Origin: Thalia democratica
Lineage: Eukaryota
Direction: 5' to 3'
Length of the DNA: 64,000 nt
Assembly: GCA_965202585.1 (NCBI GenBank)
Contig: OZ241828.1
Span: forward strand, 18,104,001-18,168,000
The position numbers and the translations under genes were made by a program. The notes below the pieces were generated by a model. The model was not told the DNA's origin, searched no databases, and was given only the letters and a program-made list of their open reading frames with translations. Each line of letters starts with the position of its first letter. Within the stretch, counting starts at the first letter, position 1. Of this stretch, positions 27,331-38,829 are shown piece by piece.

Positions 27331-27457
27331 ATAGTCAATCAAAAAAAAAAAAAACAAACATTTCTTTTTTATAGATAAATAAAACTGATAAACACATTCA
27401 ATACGTTAAGGCCATCATCGTTAATTTTAGTGAGAAATAAATTCAAAATCATTCTCA
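27331..27457 (-). promoter_or_regulatory. Decayed palindrome+CRE module
   Basis: tgagaaataaattcaaaatcattctca (both CpGs mutated, 27 bp); agtatagtcaat resembles agtgacgtcaat at spacing about 123. Confidence 0.45.
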
Positions 27458-29352
27458 TAAATAGAGAAATAGTTATTTAAATTTAAAGTTTAGGTTAGAA
27501 TTAAAGGATTTTTAATATGTTAACTGAAAAATCTATCTATTTCTATAATCTTTCATTATGTTTTGCAAAAAAATTTTAAAAGAACCTTGAAAGTTTCTTA
27601 AAAGAAAGATTAAATATTGATAACACTTTATTACTCATTGCTAAATGCCTTGTTGAGTTAGTACGAATCTATTATTCAGCAAATCGAATCGTTTCAGCAT
27701 AACATAAATGTACGATTTAGGTGTCTTTTTGATATGCGTTCAATAGCAATTTGTAGTGTGTAAAAAAAATGCAATATATATCAAATAGACATTTAAGAAA
27801 ATGAAAATACACTTTTTCTCCTTCTACAAAGTAGAGGACTTCATTTTTTTTTAAGTCAAAACTATAGTGATAAAAATTACTCAAAAATGATTATAAAGGT
27901 AATTAAAATATAATTTTTGAAGCAAAATTTATATAGGAAACTTGAAACTAAATATAACTAAACAATCATCACAAATATAATTTTAGTAAAACAAATTAGT
28001 AAAATAAATAAAAACTTCAAAAAACAGTAAAAATATTTTATGAAAGTTGCAGTATATTTTTATACAAAAAGCCAACATAAATGAGCCTAATAAAAACAAA
28101 AACTATTTATTAGCAACTAAAACAAGGTAATGAATGTAATTAAGTTTTAAGGCAGAATTTTTCAGTTAAAAACTTTTTTAAAATTCTTTTCTTGAGAGTT
28201 TAGGTACAAAAAGGAAAACAAATTAAGTTATTATAACTAAAAATATTGAGCTACTACCAAATTTACGTCTTTGTAAGTTTTTGAGCATTGATTTAAGGAC
28301 ACTGACTAATCTATCAAATTAATATTCAGTAAAAGAATTGCAAATAACTTGTGGCATCAAAAGCTCTTTTAATTTCTCAACAAACAAAACTCTTCTTTAT
28401 TTTCTGTTGTTCCTTTTTAAAAAAACTGACACTGGATAAATTACTTAAAGTTTTTTTTTTGATTTTAATTTTTTATATAATTTTATTTAAAATGGTGGTT
28501 GACGACTACCAAGTTGTTACTAAGTTTATTGAAGGTGAAAAGTAGAATTGTTAAACATTTGTTAAAACATATATCTTTATTATTAAGATTCTTAATGGTT
28601 TATCTGATTTAGTTGTAGTGCATTGTGTTATTTCTACTAAATCTAAATATTCAAAGATATTTTTAAACAGACATACATTTAACAATGTTATTTTTACTGT
28701 TTATTAGCTGGATACTATTAACAATTGCTTTGGTTGTTAATAAATAAATTTAAAAAATCTAATCTAAACTTTTAATAGTGAAACTTATAAAAGACGAAAA
28801 AAAGTAAAAAAACTGCATAATTAAAAATTAGTTTATACTTTTAATTTTGCATACTTGAAGTACTACTTCATTTAAAAATTGATAAACAAAAATTAACTTG
28901 ATCCAACAAAGTTATTTTTTTCTAATATTACATGTAATTTACAGACCTATATCAAATTTTATAATTTTTTAGTCAGACTAAGAAAACTTTATTTTTATTT
29001 TTTCATTTTAAAATTAATTAACAAATTCTTGTATTTCAAATAACGACAAAAACGATTATTTTGTTAAAAGCAGTATTGGATCTGATTGTTGTTTCTGATT
29101 GCTATTAATATATTTTCATAGATATCATCAAACACAATCTCCCTGATCAACTTTAATAAACTAAACCAATTAATTTATGTTCGTGTTGAAAACCACACTA
29201 AAGTGTTTTTAGATAAAATATTGAAGTTTTTATACGAATAAACTTCCAACTATTTAACAAAAGATAATTTACTCACTTACAGCTAAGTTAGTAAAAATTA
29301 TAAAGAGGACTTAAAGTTTAAGCTTTAATTATACTTCTTCTTTTTTTCTTAA

Positions 29353-29483
29353 CGAGTAAAACAAAAAATATTCATTTCTCGCTTTAAATTAAGTATGTAC
29401 AGTTTATGTTATCTATCTTAAAAGCTGTTTATATATATGTTAATTTAAAAAGATTTAACTTGTCTGTATTTCCAATGACATCA
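29353..29483 (+). promoter_or_regulatory. Palindrome+CRE module (partly decayed)
   Basis: cgagtaaaacaaaaaatattcatttctcg (29 bp); aatgacatcatt at spacing 126. Confidence 0.6.
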
Positions 29484-30107
29484 TTAGTCTTTCTAAAGTT
29501 TTTAAGTTTTAAAGCTCTTAAATGTCTTTTATAACTTTAAAATTTATATGTAGCTACAATCAACCTTTCAGTAAGTCTAATAAATTCTTTATACATTTAA
29601 CCTTGTATACTATTTGTTTTAATTGTATTAACTATAATTCTCAGCATGATTTCAGAAAGGAAAAACACTTGTTTCAAACTTTTAAAGAGCTCTATTACAA
29701 AACAATATTTGTTTTTGAAAAAGATTAGCACTTATAAATAACTGTTTATTTAATTTTAATAGTTTTAAAGAAATTATAATAATTATAGAACTAATTGTAA
29801 AGTAAAATATATAATTGTCATGAATATCAAAATAATTACAAGATTTAAATTTTAAATGTAAGCAAGAAACGTGTGAGTTTAATGTTTACTTGTAAATGAA
29901 ATTAAAACTATTACACATGTTTAATTTTACAATATAAAAACCATTTGTGAACTATGATAAAGTATTATTAATTTAATATGCGGATTTACAATTCATATCC
30001 AAAACTTTTTACCACTTCTAAAAACAAATATACAGTTTTAATACTAGTGCTAAAATTCTATTTACAGTTGAATTAACTACTAATAATAGAATTAGAGATC
30101 TTTAGCA

Positions 30108-30271
30108 GTTGGGCGCTTTGGCAGACGCCTGTAATCTAGCCACTTAGAAGCTGGAAATGGTGACGATTTTACTAAACTAAAACGCTGATAGATATCACCG
30201 TGACTATGTAATTCATCATAATTGAAAGTTAAGAAGCAGCAGCTAGTAATTATCGGATCCATTTCTTTTTT
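30108..30271 (+). ncRNA. 7SL/SRP-RNA-like 164-nt sequence (Alu domain plus reduced middle), copy 1; gene or pseudogene
   Basis: The 5' end gttgggcgctttggcagacgcctgtaatctagccacttagaagc folds as SRP Alu helices 3 and 4 with the UGU(A) turn and complementary loops (UGGC/GCCA). gaaatgg pairs with the 3' ccatttc; a T-run terminator follows. Confidence 0.65.
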
Positions 30272-31019
30272 AAATTTTAAGTATAAATCGTAATATTTTT
30301 AAAACAAAACAGCGAAGATATAGATATTAATAAAACAAAAAAATATTAACCGAGGTTTGATATTATTGTCAATTTTCTCAATAAAAGTTATAGTTGGCGT
30401 AAGTTGATGTTTTTTTGTGAAAACATAAATATTGCAGACACTTCTACAGACAAAGAAACTCACTTAAATTTTTTGAAATTTTAAGATATCTTTATAAAGC
30501 CGTATTCATTTTAAAAATTTATATAAAAATTTTCATACCCAAGTGCTTATTTTTCTTTAAAGTGAATAGACTATAAAAACGCCCGACAGAAAACTTTACT
30601 TTAAATAAAAATAAATTGAAAACATGATGACATCGTAAGTATTAAGATTTTTTTTAAACAGTTTTTTTGATGATATACTGTTATAAATTTTACCGAGATA
30701 TTTTTTAAATGACGTTTATATGATGAGTTTTAAATTATACTGATATGTGTTACGTAATAGCTATTGAGAATATCAATTGAGACTTTTTAAATACAAAAAT
30801 TACAATAACACATTGTTTTATCGATTGGTGACTCCTTTTAACATAAATTAAGTCATTTGAATAAAAACTATCAAGTAAAAACAGTTACTTCACACTTTTA
30901 TATAAATTGATATTAATTTTAGATACTAAGAAAAAACACAAAATCTAGAAATAGTTAAACTAGTTCTTGTGATGTTAGTTTTTCTTTTAGATTTTAATAA
31001 AATAAAATAAAGAAACCAT

Positions 31020-31049
31020 CTTGGTTCTTTTGCAGGCGCCTGTAATCTA
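31020..31049 (+). pseudogene. 5' fragment of the 7SL-like sequence
   Basis: gcaggcgcctgtaatcta is identical to the corresponding part of 56506-56669; the rest is absent. Confidence 0.55.
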
Positions 31050-31116
31050 TTTTGGATATGTGTTTATATATACTTACTTCACCTTGTATCTAATAATTAA
31101 ACATTTCCTTGACAAT

Positions 31117-31191
31117 GACGTTGCCTTTTTAGCTGTATCCAAGTGGTGTATGACTCGATAACCGCAAAGTTCGATTGTAGTAACGTCTTTT
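31117..31191 (+). ncRNA. Candidate Pol III small RNA with vault-like panhandle (probably a pseudogene)
   Basis: 5' gacgttgc pairs with 3' gtaacgtc, followed by tttt. A-box-like tatccaagtgg (31136) and B-box core gttcga (31169). An internal T5 argues against full-length transcription. Confidence 0.3.
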
Positions 31192-32362
31192 GTTTTTATA
31201 TGACGAGTTCAAACCGTTTCCTATATTTAGTTAGCTACTTTTGTTTGTAAAACTACTATGAATTAACTGAAGGATTTAAAAAAAATAAAACTTTTGTCTT
31301 TTTTCTTTTGTTATCACCTTTTTTATGAACAATAATTGGGGTTGCTTCAAATATAACCAAGTAAAGCTTAAAATATTTTGATGATACGCTGATAATTTAG
31401 TTTTTAGATTTTTAAATTAAAACGACGGTAGTTATTCAAACGGTGCTTTTTAATATTTTACTTAACAAAGCTACATATTTAGTTGTTAAAATTCCAATGC
31501 ATTTAGTAGAAGCCAAGTAAGAGAATGTTTGCACTTTAACTTCATTGCAAATTTGAGGAAGCTTCTTTTGAGTTATAGTTTAAGTTATAATTTTACATTT
31601 TGCAAGTAATTTAGTTTTCGTTTAATTTATCTTAATGATAGTTTATAAAACATCTTTTTTCATTAAAACTGACAAAGTTTTGAAACATTTCTATGTTAAG
31701 AAGGTGTTTTAACATAATTAAAACATAAAGTGAAAACGAAGTTTAAAATAATAAAAGTTAAACTACAAAAACAAAAATTTTATTATCATTTGAGTTTATT
31801 TTTAACTCTCTATGAGTTTTTATGGCTGAATGTAAAACTGTTTAGTATTAAAAAATAACTCTCTTTGAACTTTGTTTAACAACTAGGTTACCTTAACATT
31901 GTCAAGAGGATTTGTAAAAAAAACATTTCATTTTGTTTTTACATTAATGTCTTAGTTTAATATATTTACCACATTTAACTAAGGATGTTTCATAAACATT
32001 TGCTAAAATAAGTTAAGTATTTTATCTTTTGAATAAAACCTATTTAACAAATACCAATTAAATGAGGTTTTTATAAAATCAAAATATAAAAGTTAAATTT
32101 ACAAAAGTAAAAAACCTTTCCTAAATTGTTTTTGTGCTTTAAATCTTCTTGTCTTTGTTTTAATTAATGTGAATTTATAAAAATGGTTTTCAAAATAAAA
32201 ATTTTTAAACTTAAGAAATATTATCAACAACAAGTCGAATGAAAATAATATTTATTTACTTTTATCATTGTCACAACTTACACTGTTTTCATATGAAAAC
32301 TAGTTCTGATAGTTCTGATAGAAATCAATTTATTTTATTCATGTTATTTATAGCTAGTTTTT

Positions 32363-32494
32363 CGATAATGACATAAATGATCATTTTCTTGCTACAAATT
32401 AATAGTATGGTGCGTTATATGTTAATAAGCTAATAAATTGTTTTAATTTATAAATTTTTATATGTCTTTGTTTGTGTGTTATTAAATGACGTCA
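32363..32494 (+). promoter_or_regulatory. Palindrome+CRE module
   Basis: cgataatgacataaatgatcattttcttg (29 bp); tttgtgtgttattaaatgacgtca at spacing 127. Confidence 0.7.
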
Positions 32495-33859
32495 TTCACT
32501 GGGTTTTTTTTATAGAAATATTTTTTAAGCTTAAAGACTTTTAAATATTAAAAAGCGTTTTATTTTGTTTTACAACTTTAAAAATATTTTCAATAAGTGT
32601 ACAGCAGATAAGTCATTAACAAATATGTTGATATTTGGTAACTACTTTCTTAGTTTATAAAAGCAAAATTAACTAATAAAAATAGTAGTTTTCATGAAAG
32701 TTCAATTTTTCTGTAATTTTAGCAATAAATATAAAATTGTCATTAAGTACTTTTAACATTTGAATTAAGTTGAACTATTTTAATTATAAGTACTTTCATT
32801 TTTATTTATTTAAAGTGTTTTTTATTGTTGTTTTTTTGTTTGTGCTTATGTTTTTCAACTATTTAGTATAAAATATATAAAAAAAAAATTAAACACAACT
32901 TTAATTTATTAAAATAAAAAGATTAAAGTGAACTAAATAATAAACTGATCATAAATCTTATAAACTTAACTGAAAATTTTAAAGAAGATATACTAGACGA
33001 GATTTGATCATCCTCGTACTTGTTGTATAAACAAACAAGTCAGTTAATTGTCATTGATCTACTTGCTCTAGGTCTGGGTAGATAAATATTTTTTTGACTT
33101 GAAAATTTCACCACACTACAGTTTTTGTCCTTAAAGTATATTTTTTACAGAATTTAATATTAAATGATGTAGCTAAAACAAAAACAGCTAAAACTCATAA
33201 AGCTAAGAATAACGTTTTTTATTTTCGATTTCAGGTTTATTGGGTCGGTAATGTACCAATATAAAAGTGGGACATTTTGGCTCTTTTTTATCTGAGTAGA
33301 GTATCTAAAAAAAGATATAACTTTTTACTAATTTTTCTTGCATTCGAAATTTAGTGAACTAACCACAGTAGTTATTGTTTTTATTTTTATATAAACTTAA
33401 TATTTATTGTTATGTTGGAAAGTTTTGTTTTTCAGATTTTGTCTTCATCAGGGTAATTTTTCTTAGTCAAAAAGTCTAAGAAAATCTTATTTCACTAACG
33501 AAAAACTAAAAGAATTGTAATGCTAAAAAATTTTTTTTTTGATTTTACGGAGACTTTAGACACATTTATAGACTCTTTTGTGGTTAATAGCTTGCATAGC
33601 ATAATAAAAGTATAGTTTTACACTTTAAATCTTTAACTCGGTAATTTTTATTTGTCAGTATTTTTAGGTTAATTAAAAAAAAATTTAAGCATAAAGACCC
33701 TGATTTCTCCTTATTGATGAATCATTTTCGTGAAGTAAATTTAAACAATTCAAAAACAAAATTTTCATATGAGCAGATTGATAGTAAGAAATAAGTCAGA
33801 CTAAAGAAAACCAGTAAGTATATTTAATGGAAATGAAATTTGTATTAAAAGTATATTTT

Positions 33860-34130
33860 AAAGGTTAAAAGTGAATGGGTTAGAAATGATTGGCTACCCC
33901 CGAAACATCTAGTATATGTTTCGTGTTACCGTTAGTAAAACCTTACTTTTATTCTCTAACCCGAGAATGTCTAACGCAAGCTGAATTTTTTTTGATGGAC
34001 TACTAAGAATGCCTCCGGGTCATTTTTTATTTTCTTTAGCTGCGTTACCTTTAATAAACCGCGTCCTAATAAAATTAAAAATACGCTCTACGGCCAAAAT
34101 CTGACCTTACTTTAGTCCGTAGGATTATTA
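33860..34130 (+). mobile_element. Possible highly decayed non-LTR (LINE) RT C-terminal fragment
   Basis: GC-richer patch. One frame gives SCVTFNKPRPNKIKNTLYGQNLTLL*SVGLL, loosely like the LINE RT thumb region. Weak. Confidence 0.25.
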
Positions 34131-34839
34131 TTTATTCAATAATTGTTACAGCTAAAATTTTACTTAACGTCTAAACTTACATATTTCTTTTAGTTTATAT
34201 AAGTCTAGTATTTAGTAACAAACTCAAATTTTTAAATTTTATTGTAAAAAAAATTTTCACCTAAATAATTCAACGAGATTCTCAGTTTAATAATAAATTC
34301 TGTAGGTTTTTATAGAAACATGCAAACAGACATAAAACAAACTTAAGTAAATTCTGGTGTTTTTTTGTTAATAACAAACAAAACTTATAATTTAAAATTA
34401 TCATTTTAATAAATTAGCAATATCAACAAGTGAGTTTATACGGTAGTTAAAAAATATTAGCTTTTTATTTTTTTTTTAATTTGAAACAAATGATCATACC
34501 TACAACTAGTTGGCTGGTAAAATTTGTTAACAAACAACTTTTTTAACTATCACACTACAACATATTACACTATTTTAACTCTTTTAATAATTAAAGTAGA
34601 ATATTGTAACGCAGTTATAAGTTTTACTTTTAAAATCTGATAATGTTCTAAATTTAAATATTGAAAGTTTTATATTTATATCAGTTAAAAAAAATTTAAA
34701 AAAAAATGTTATGTCTAAGATTTTATTGAAAAAAACAGTCGAACTAAAATTTATTTATCATTTTTTAAACAACACATAAAATTAAATTTTTAATCAAGTC
34801 GTTTTTTTCTCATAGAACAGTTTATTTTAACTAATGGGG

Positions 34840-36983
34840 TTAATACCAAGGTATCTTTGTACAAGAAAAATCATCAAGATATTTTGTAAGTTCACAGGAT
34901 TCAACAGACCATTTATTTTTATCGACATCATAACAAGCTATTACCGAAGTCTGGTTTAGAAAAATTACTATTCTGTTTCCCATCGACAAAGCTTTGTTTA
35001 AATCAATATCATCGTAAGGTGACTTCACAGCAATAAACTTTTTACAAACATTGTCTAAAACTTCACAAATGTTTTTCCCGTCACCTATAACAAATAATTT
35101 ATTTTTCACAGAAACTAAACTGTGATTCTTACGATCATTTATCATACTAGGCATTGGTGACCATTTATCAGCAAATACATCATATGATTCCACTGATTGG
35201 GAAACTTCCTCATTATTACCTTTGCCACCGGAAACTATAATATTTCCTTGAAAAACTACACAAGCTGCATTTCTTCTTGCGTCAATCATTCCACAAACCT
35301 CTTTCCAAGAGTTATCATTTAAATTTAATTGCAAACAAGAATTAGTACTTACCCTATTACCATTACCACTATCACAATCACCACCAACTATAAAAATTTT
35401 ATCTACAAATGCACAAGCACAAAAGAACCAACGTTTATCGACCATATTAGTTACTTCATTCCATGTATTAGTTAAAGGTGAGAATTTTTCAATTGAACAA
35501 GATATTTTTCCTAAAGTTCTAAAACCACTTACAACATAAACTTCTCCTTTCAAACAAACAGCTTTGAAATTTTGTCTCTCAATATAAACTGAAGGTATAA
35601 GCTTTACGTTGTTTAGATTGCTACCATCAATTTGATGTATATTTGCTACATACTTTGCACTTTCGTAATCCAATCCGCCACAAACTAAGACGTTAAATTG
35701 TTTTTGGTTGCAATACCTTCTTGTCTGGGTACTACTTAACTTGTCATGTAAGTTGATCTTGTTTAACACAACTCCTTTTAGTATGCTAGAGCATTCATTG
35801 TTATTCATTGATGAAGAAATTTTGTCTAAAACGTAATTTAATGCATGTTTTGATAGCAAAGAAAATCGAACTTTTAGTAATAACTGTTTCGCATATTTGG
35901 TACGTTCTTCACAGTTATATTTCAACCAAGTAATTACTGCAATAAATACTTCAATTTCTGTATGAATATTCAATTCAGAACTTGAAAGTACTTTTGTAAC
36001 AATACTAAAATTTAAATGTAAAAAGTTTTCATTTTCAACAACCATTGAAAAACATCGCTCTATAAAACTCAAGGATGATTCAGAAATAGTAGCTAGGTTG
36101 TAATATTTAGCTAAACTATAAAAAGTAAAAACATTGTCTTTGTTGATCATTTCTTTTGTATAATCAAATATTTTTATATATTTTTCTTCATTTAACTTCA
36201 ACTTATTCAATTTTATAGCTACTGCTATCTCGTTTTCTTCAATCTTTGTTTTATCTAAAGAAAGTAAATGTTATAATATATTAGTTTAGTCACAAACTGT
36301 TTACATATTTAATAGATTCTTTTTTGTCAATATTTCAAAGTTTTGAATTTTCCCATGAATTATTTTAAAACTATGTTTATATAATTTAAAAATAGGTTTT
36401 TATTAGGGTTATGAAATGTTTAATTAATTTTTTCTTGACTTCTATTTATTTATACTAAAAAAATTAATTTTTAAAATGACTTTAAAAAACAATCTTTGGA
36501 GATATAAACAAAAAGTTTTTTGTAACAGTATCTTACAGGTTATTTGTATAAATACTTACTTTAAAAATGTTTATTTCTAACAAATTTAAAAAGATAAATA
36601 TATGTACTTTTTAACTAGTTTGTTTAAATTAATTTAATCTTACTTTTATTTGTTTTATTAATCTAAATCTAAGTTTTATTTAAAATAGTATTATACAAAC
36701 TTAAAAACATATGTAATTTAAGATTGTTTTTAAAAATATTATAAAACCGATTTTTATAATTAAAGTTTAAAAATTTGTTTGCTAAACATTTTGTTATTAT
36801 TTGATAAATTTACTACATAGCTACAATTTGGCGAAAATTCTTGTTAATTTCAATAATTTCTAAATGTTTCAAGTATTTTGTTTCATTCTTACCTTGTTTA
36901 CAATCTTCAATTGAAGATTTAGCAATGCTTTCTTCAAAAGTTTTCTGAGCATTTATCTTGAATTTATCTACTAAGTCATGCAT
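34840..36983 (-). CDS. BACK-domain/Kelch-repeat protein, 501 aa, two coding exons (36983-36893, 36254-34840); no recognisable BTB
   Basis: The long ORF has a BACK-type segment (ENENFLHLNFSIVTKVLSSSELNIHTEIEVFIAVITWLKYN..R) and Kelch blades (VLVCGG, VYVVSG, IFIVGG, IIVSGG, LFVIG; W at blade ends). Upstream 91-nt exon ATGCATGAC...AAACAAG|gtaag splices in phase 1 to ctttag|ATAAAAC, giving MHDLVDKFKINAQKTFEESIAKSSIEDCKQDKTKIEENEIAVAIKLNKLKL.... An AATAAA lies just downstream of the TAA. Confidence 0.9.
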
Positions 36984-37384
36984 AACTAAAAACTTGTTTT
37001 ATTAAAGTATACTATTAAAACTGAAAAAATTAGTATAAATTAATATAAAACCATGAATTCCTTTTAAAATTTAGTATTTAGGAAAACTTTTCTAAAACTT
37101 CTTTTACATACATCAAATTGTTAATAAAATAAACATGCTACATCTAAAAATTACTAAAATCTATAAAAAATAAAAAAAATTAATGCTATAAAATACAAAA
37201 ATATAATATATTTAAGAGAATAGCAAACTGTTGTACTTTAGGTATATTTATGTAAATAATTTAAATATTTGATAAATAACTTTGTTGATTAATAAATTTT
37301 TATTACGTATTTTCATGATAAATAATAATATTAATGTGAAAATAGTAGTTTCGAGTATGTTTCAATTTCCTATCACAAGAAGAT

Positions 37385-37500
37385 AAAAACTATTTAACTT
37401 GGGTATCACAAGAGTCAAACGGATTTTTTTGTCGTAGAATCAACCTAGAAATATTAAACAAGAAGGCCAATCTAACCTGAGTTTTGAACTTTTTAACATT
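37385..37500 (+). mobile_element. Possible decayed LINE RT thumb fragment
   Basis: LGITRVKRIFLS*NQPRNIKQEGQSNLSF resembles the LINE YLGIT...LSWNxHI..I..KA...L.FL pattern. Confidence 0.3.
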
Positions 37501-38829
37501 CACTTTCGCTATGGTTCATTAATTTTGAAACAAGGGGAAGGCAGAATTAAAAGATATTAAATTTTAAACTTTGTGTTATTTTTTTAAGTACGTTAATGAA
37601 CTGTTAAACCTATAAACAGTGTGTGTTCACTAGACTCTCCTTAACATACTTCCTAAAACAGTCACAATATTAATAATTAATTTTGATGAAACAATTTGTA
37701 TAATAATAGAACTTTATCTGATTGGTTAAAATTTTCTATGATGACTAATAATTTTAGCTTTTTAGCTCAAACTAGTTTTATAGAATCCCTTTAGCTTAGC
37801 TACATATCTTTACCTGTGCTCTAGTTTTTGATTTATCTAAAGACGAAAGCTAAAGAAAAACTGTTTAAAATTTTAAAATTTTATTGTAGAAAAAAAAATG
37901 TTCGTAAAATATAGCAATTATTAAACATAGTAGATTTTCACCTAACTCATCTTAAACTATACTTGATTTATGTTTATCCTAAGCTGTTAGTCTTAACTTA
38001 CTTAGATAAAACTGATTAATCAAATGCTTTCTGCTAAGTTACAATTTCCTTTCCATTAAATCCTGATTAAACTTCTTAATCAGTTCTAAATAAGTAATAG
38101 TCTTAACCACTTAAAAAATTCAGTAAATAATAAAACTAAGATGACCTTTATCATATTTTTCATTCTTTGAGCAAAAAAAAAAAAGACTAGCCTTGGTCAG
38201 TTAAATTTTTTTTTAAATTATATAAAACATGTAAAAATAAAAATAAAACTGTTTTTATTTCAGCTGAAACAGTAAAATAACAAAAAAAACATGAACAAAA
38301 AAGCCTAAACTTTCCCTAGTTACATCAAGCTATCCTGAATTGGCCAGAGTGTATTAAAAACCTTAAAAATGTTAACATCAGCTAAAAACTAAAAAATGAT
38401 AGTTTTAATAAAGCTCAAAGTTCTATAAACAACTAAAATTGATAAAAATTTTAATTCATAATAAATTAAGTCTAAAAAACTAGCCTGAGATTTCTGAAAA
38501 ATATAAAAAATAGCCTGCATTTTAAAATTTAAATTGACTGTGTTTTTCAATTTTTTAAAACTAAGTTGAATTATCCGGAGTGAGTCAATCGAGTCAAGTT
38601 TATTTTTGAACCCTCCTACACCCTTAAGCAAATAATTATGATAGTTTTAATTATTATTGAGTTTATTATTATTTTTAGAGTCTTTAGATTTCTATGTTGT
38701 CTATTATTAATATCAAAACTTATACAAAGACTTAAACTTTAAAATCAGTTATTCTTAACTGTACTTGACCAAGCAAATACTTCTCAGACACAAGAATACA
38801 CTTATATTAACATGTTTGGCAAAATTGCT

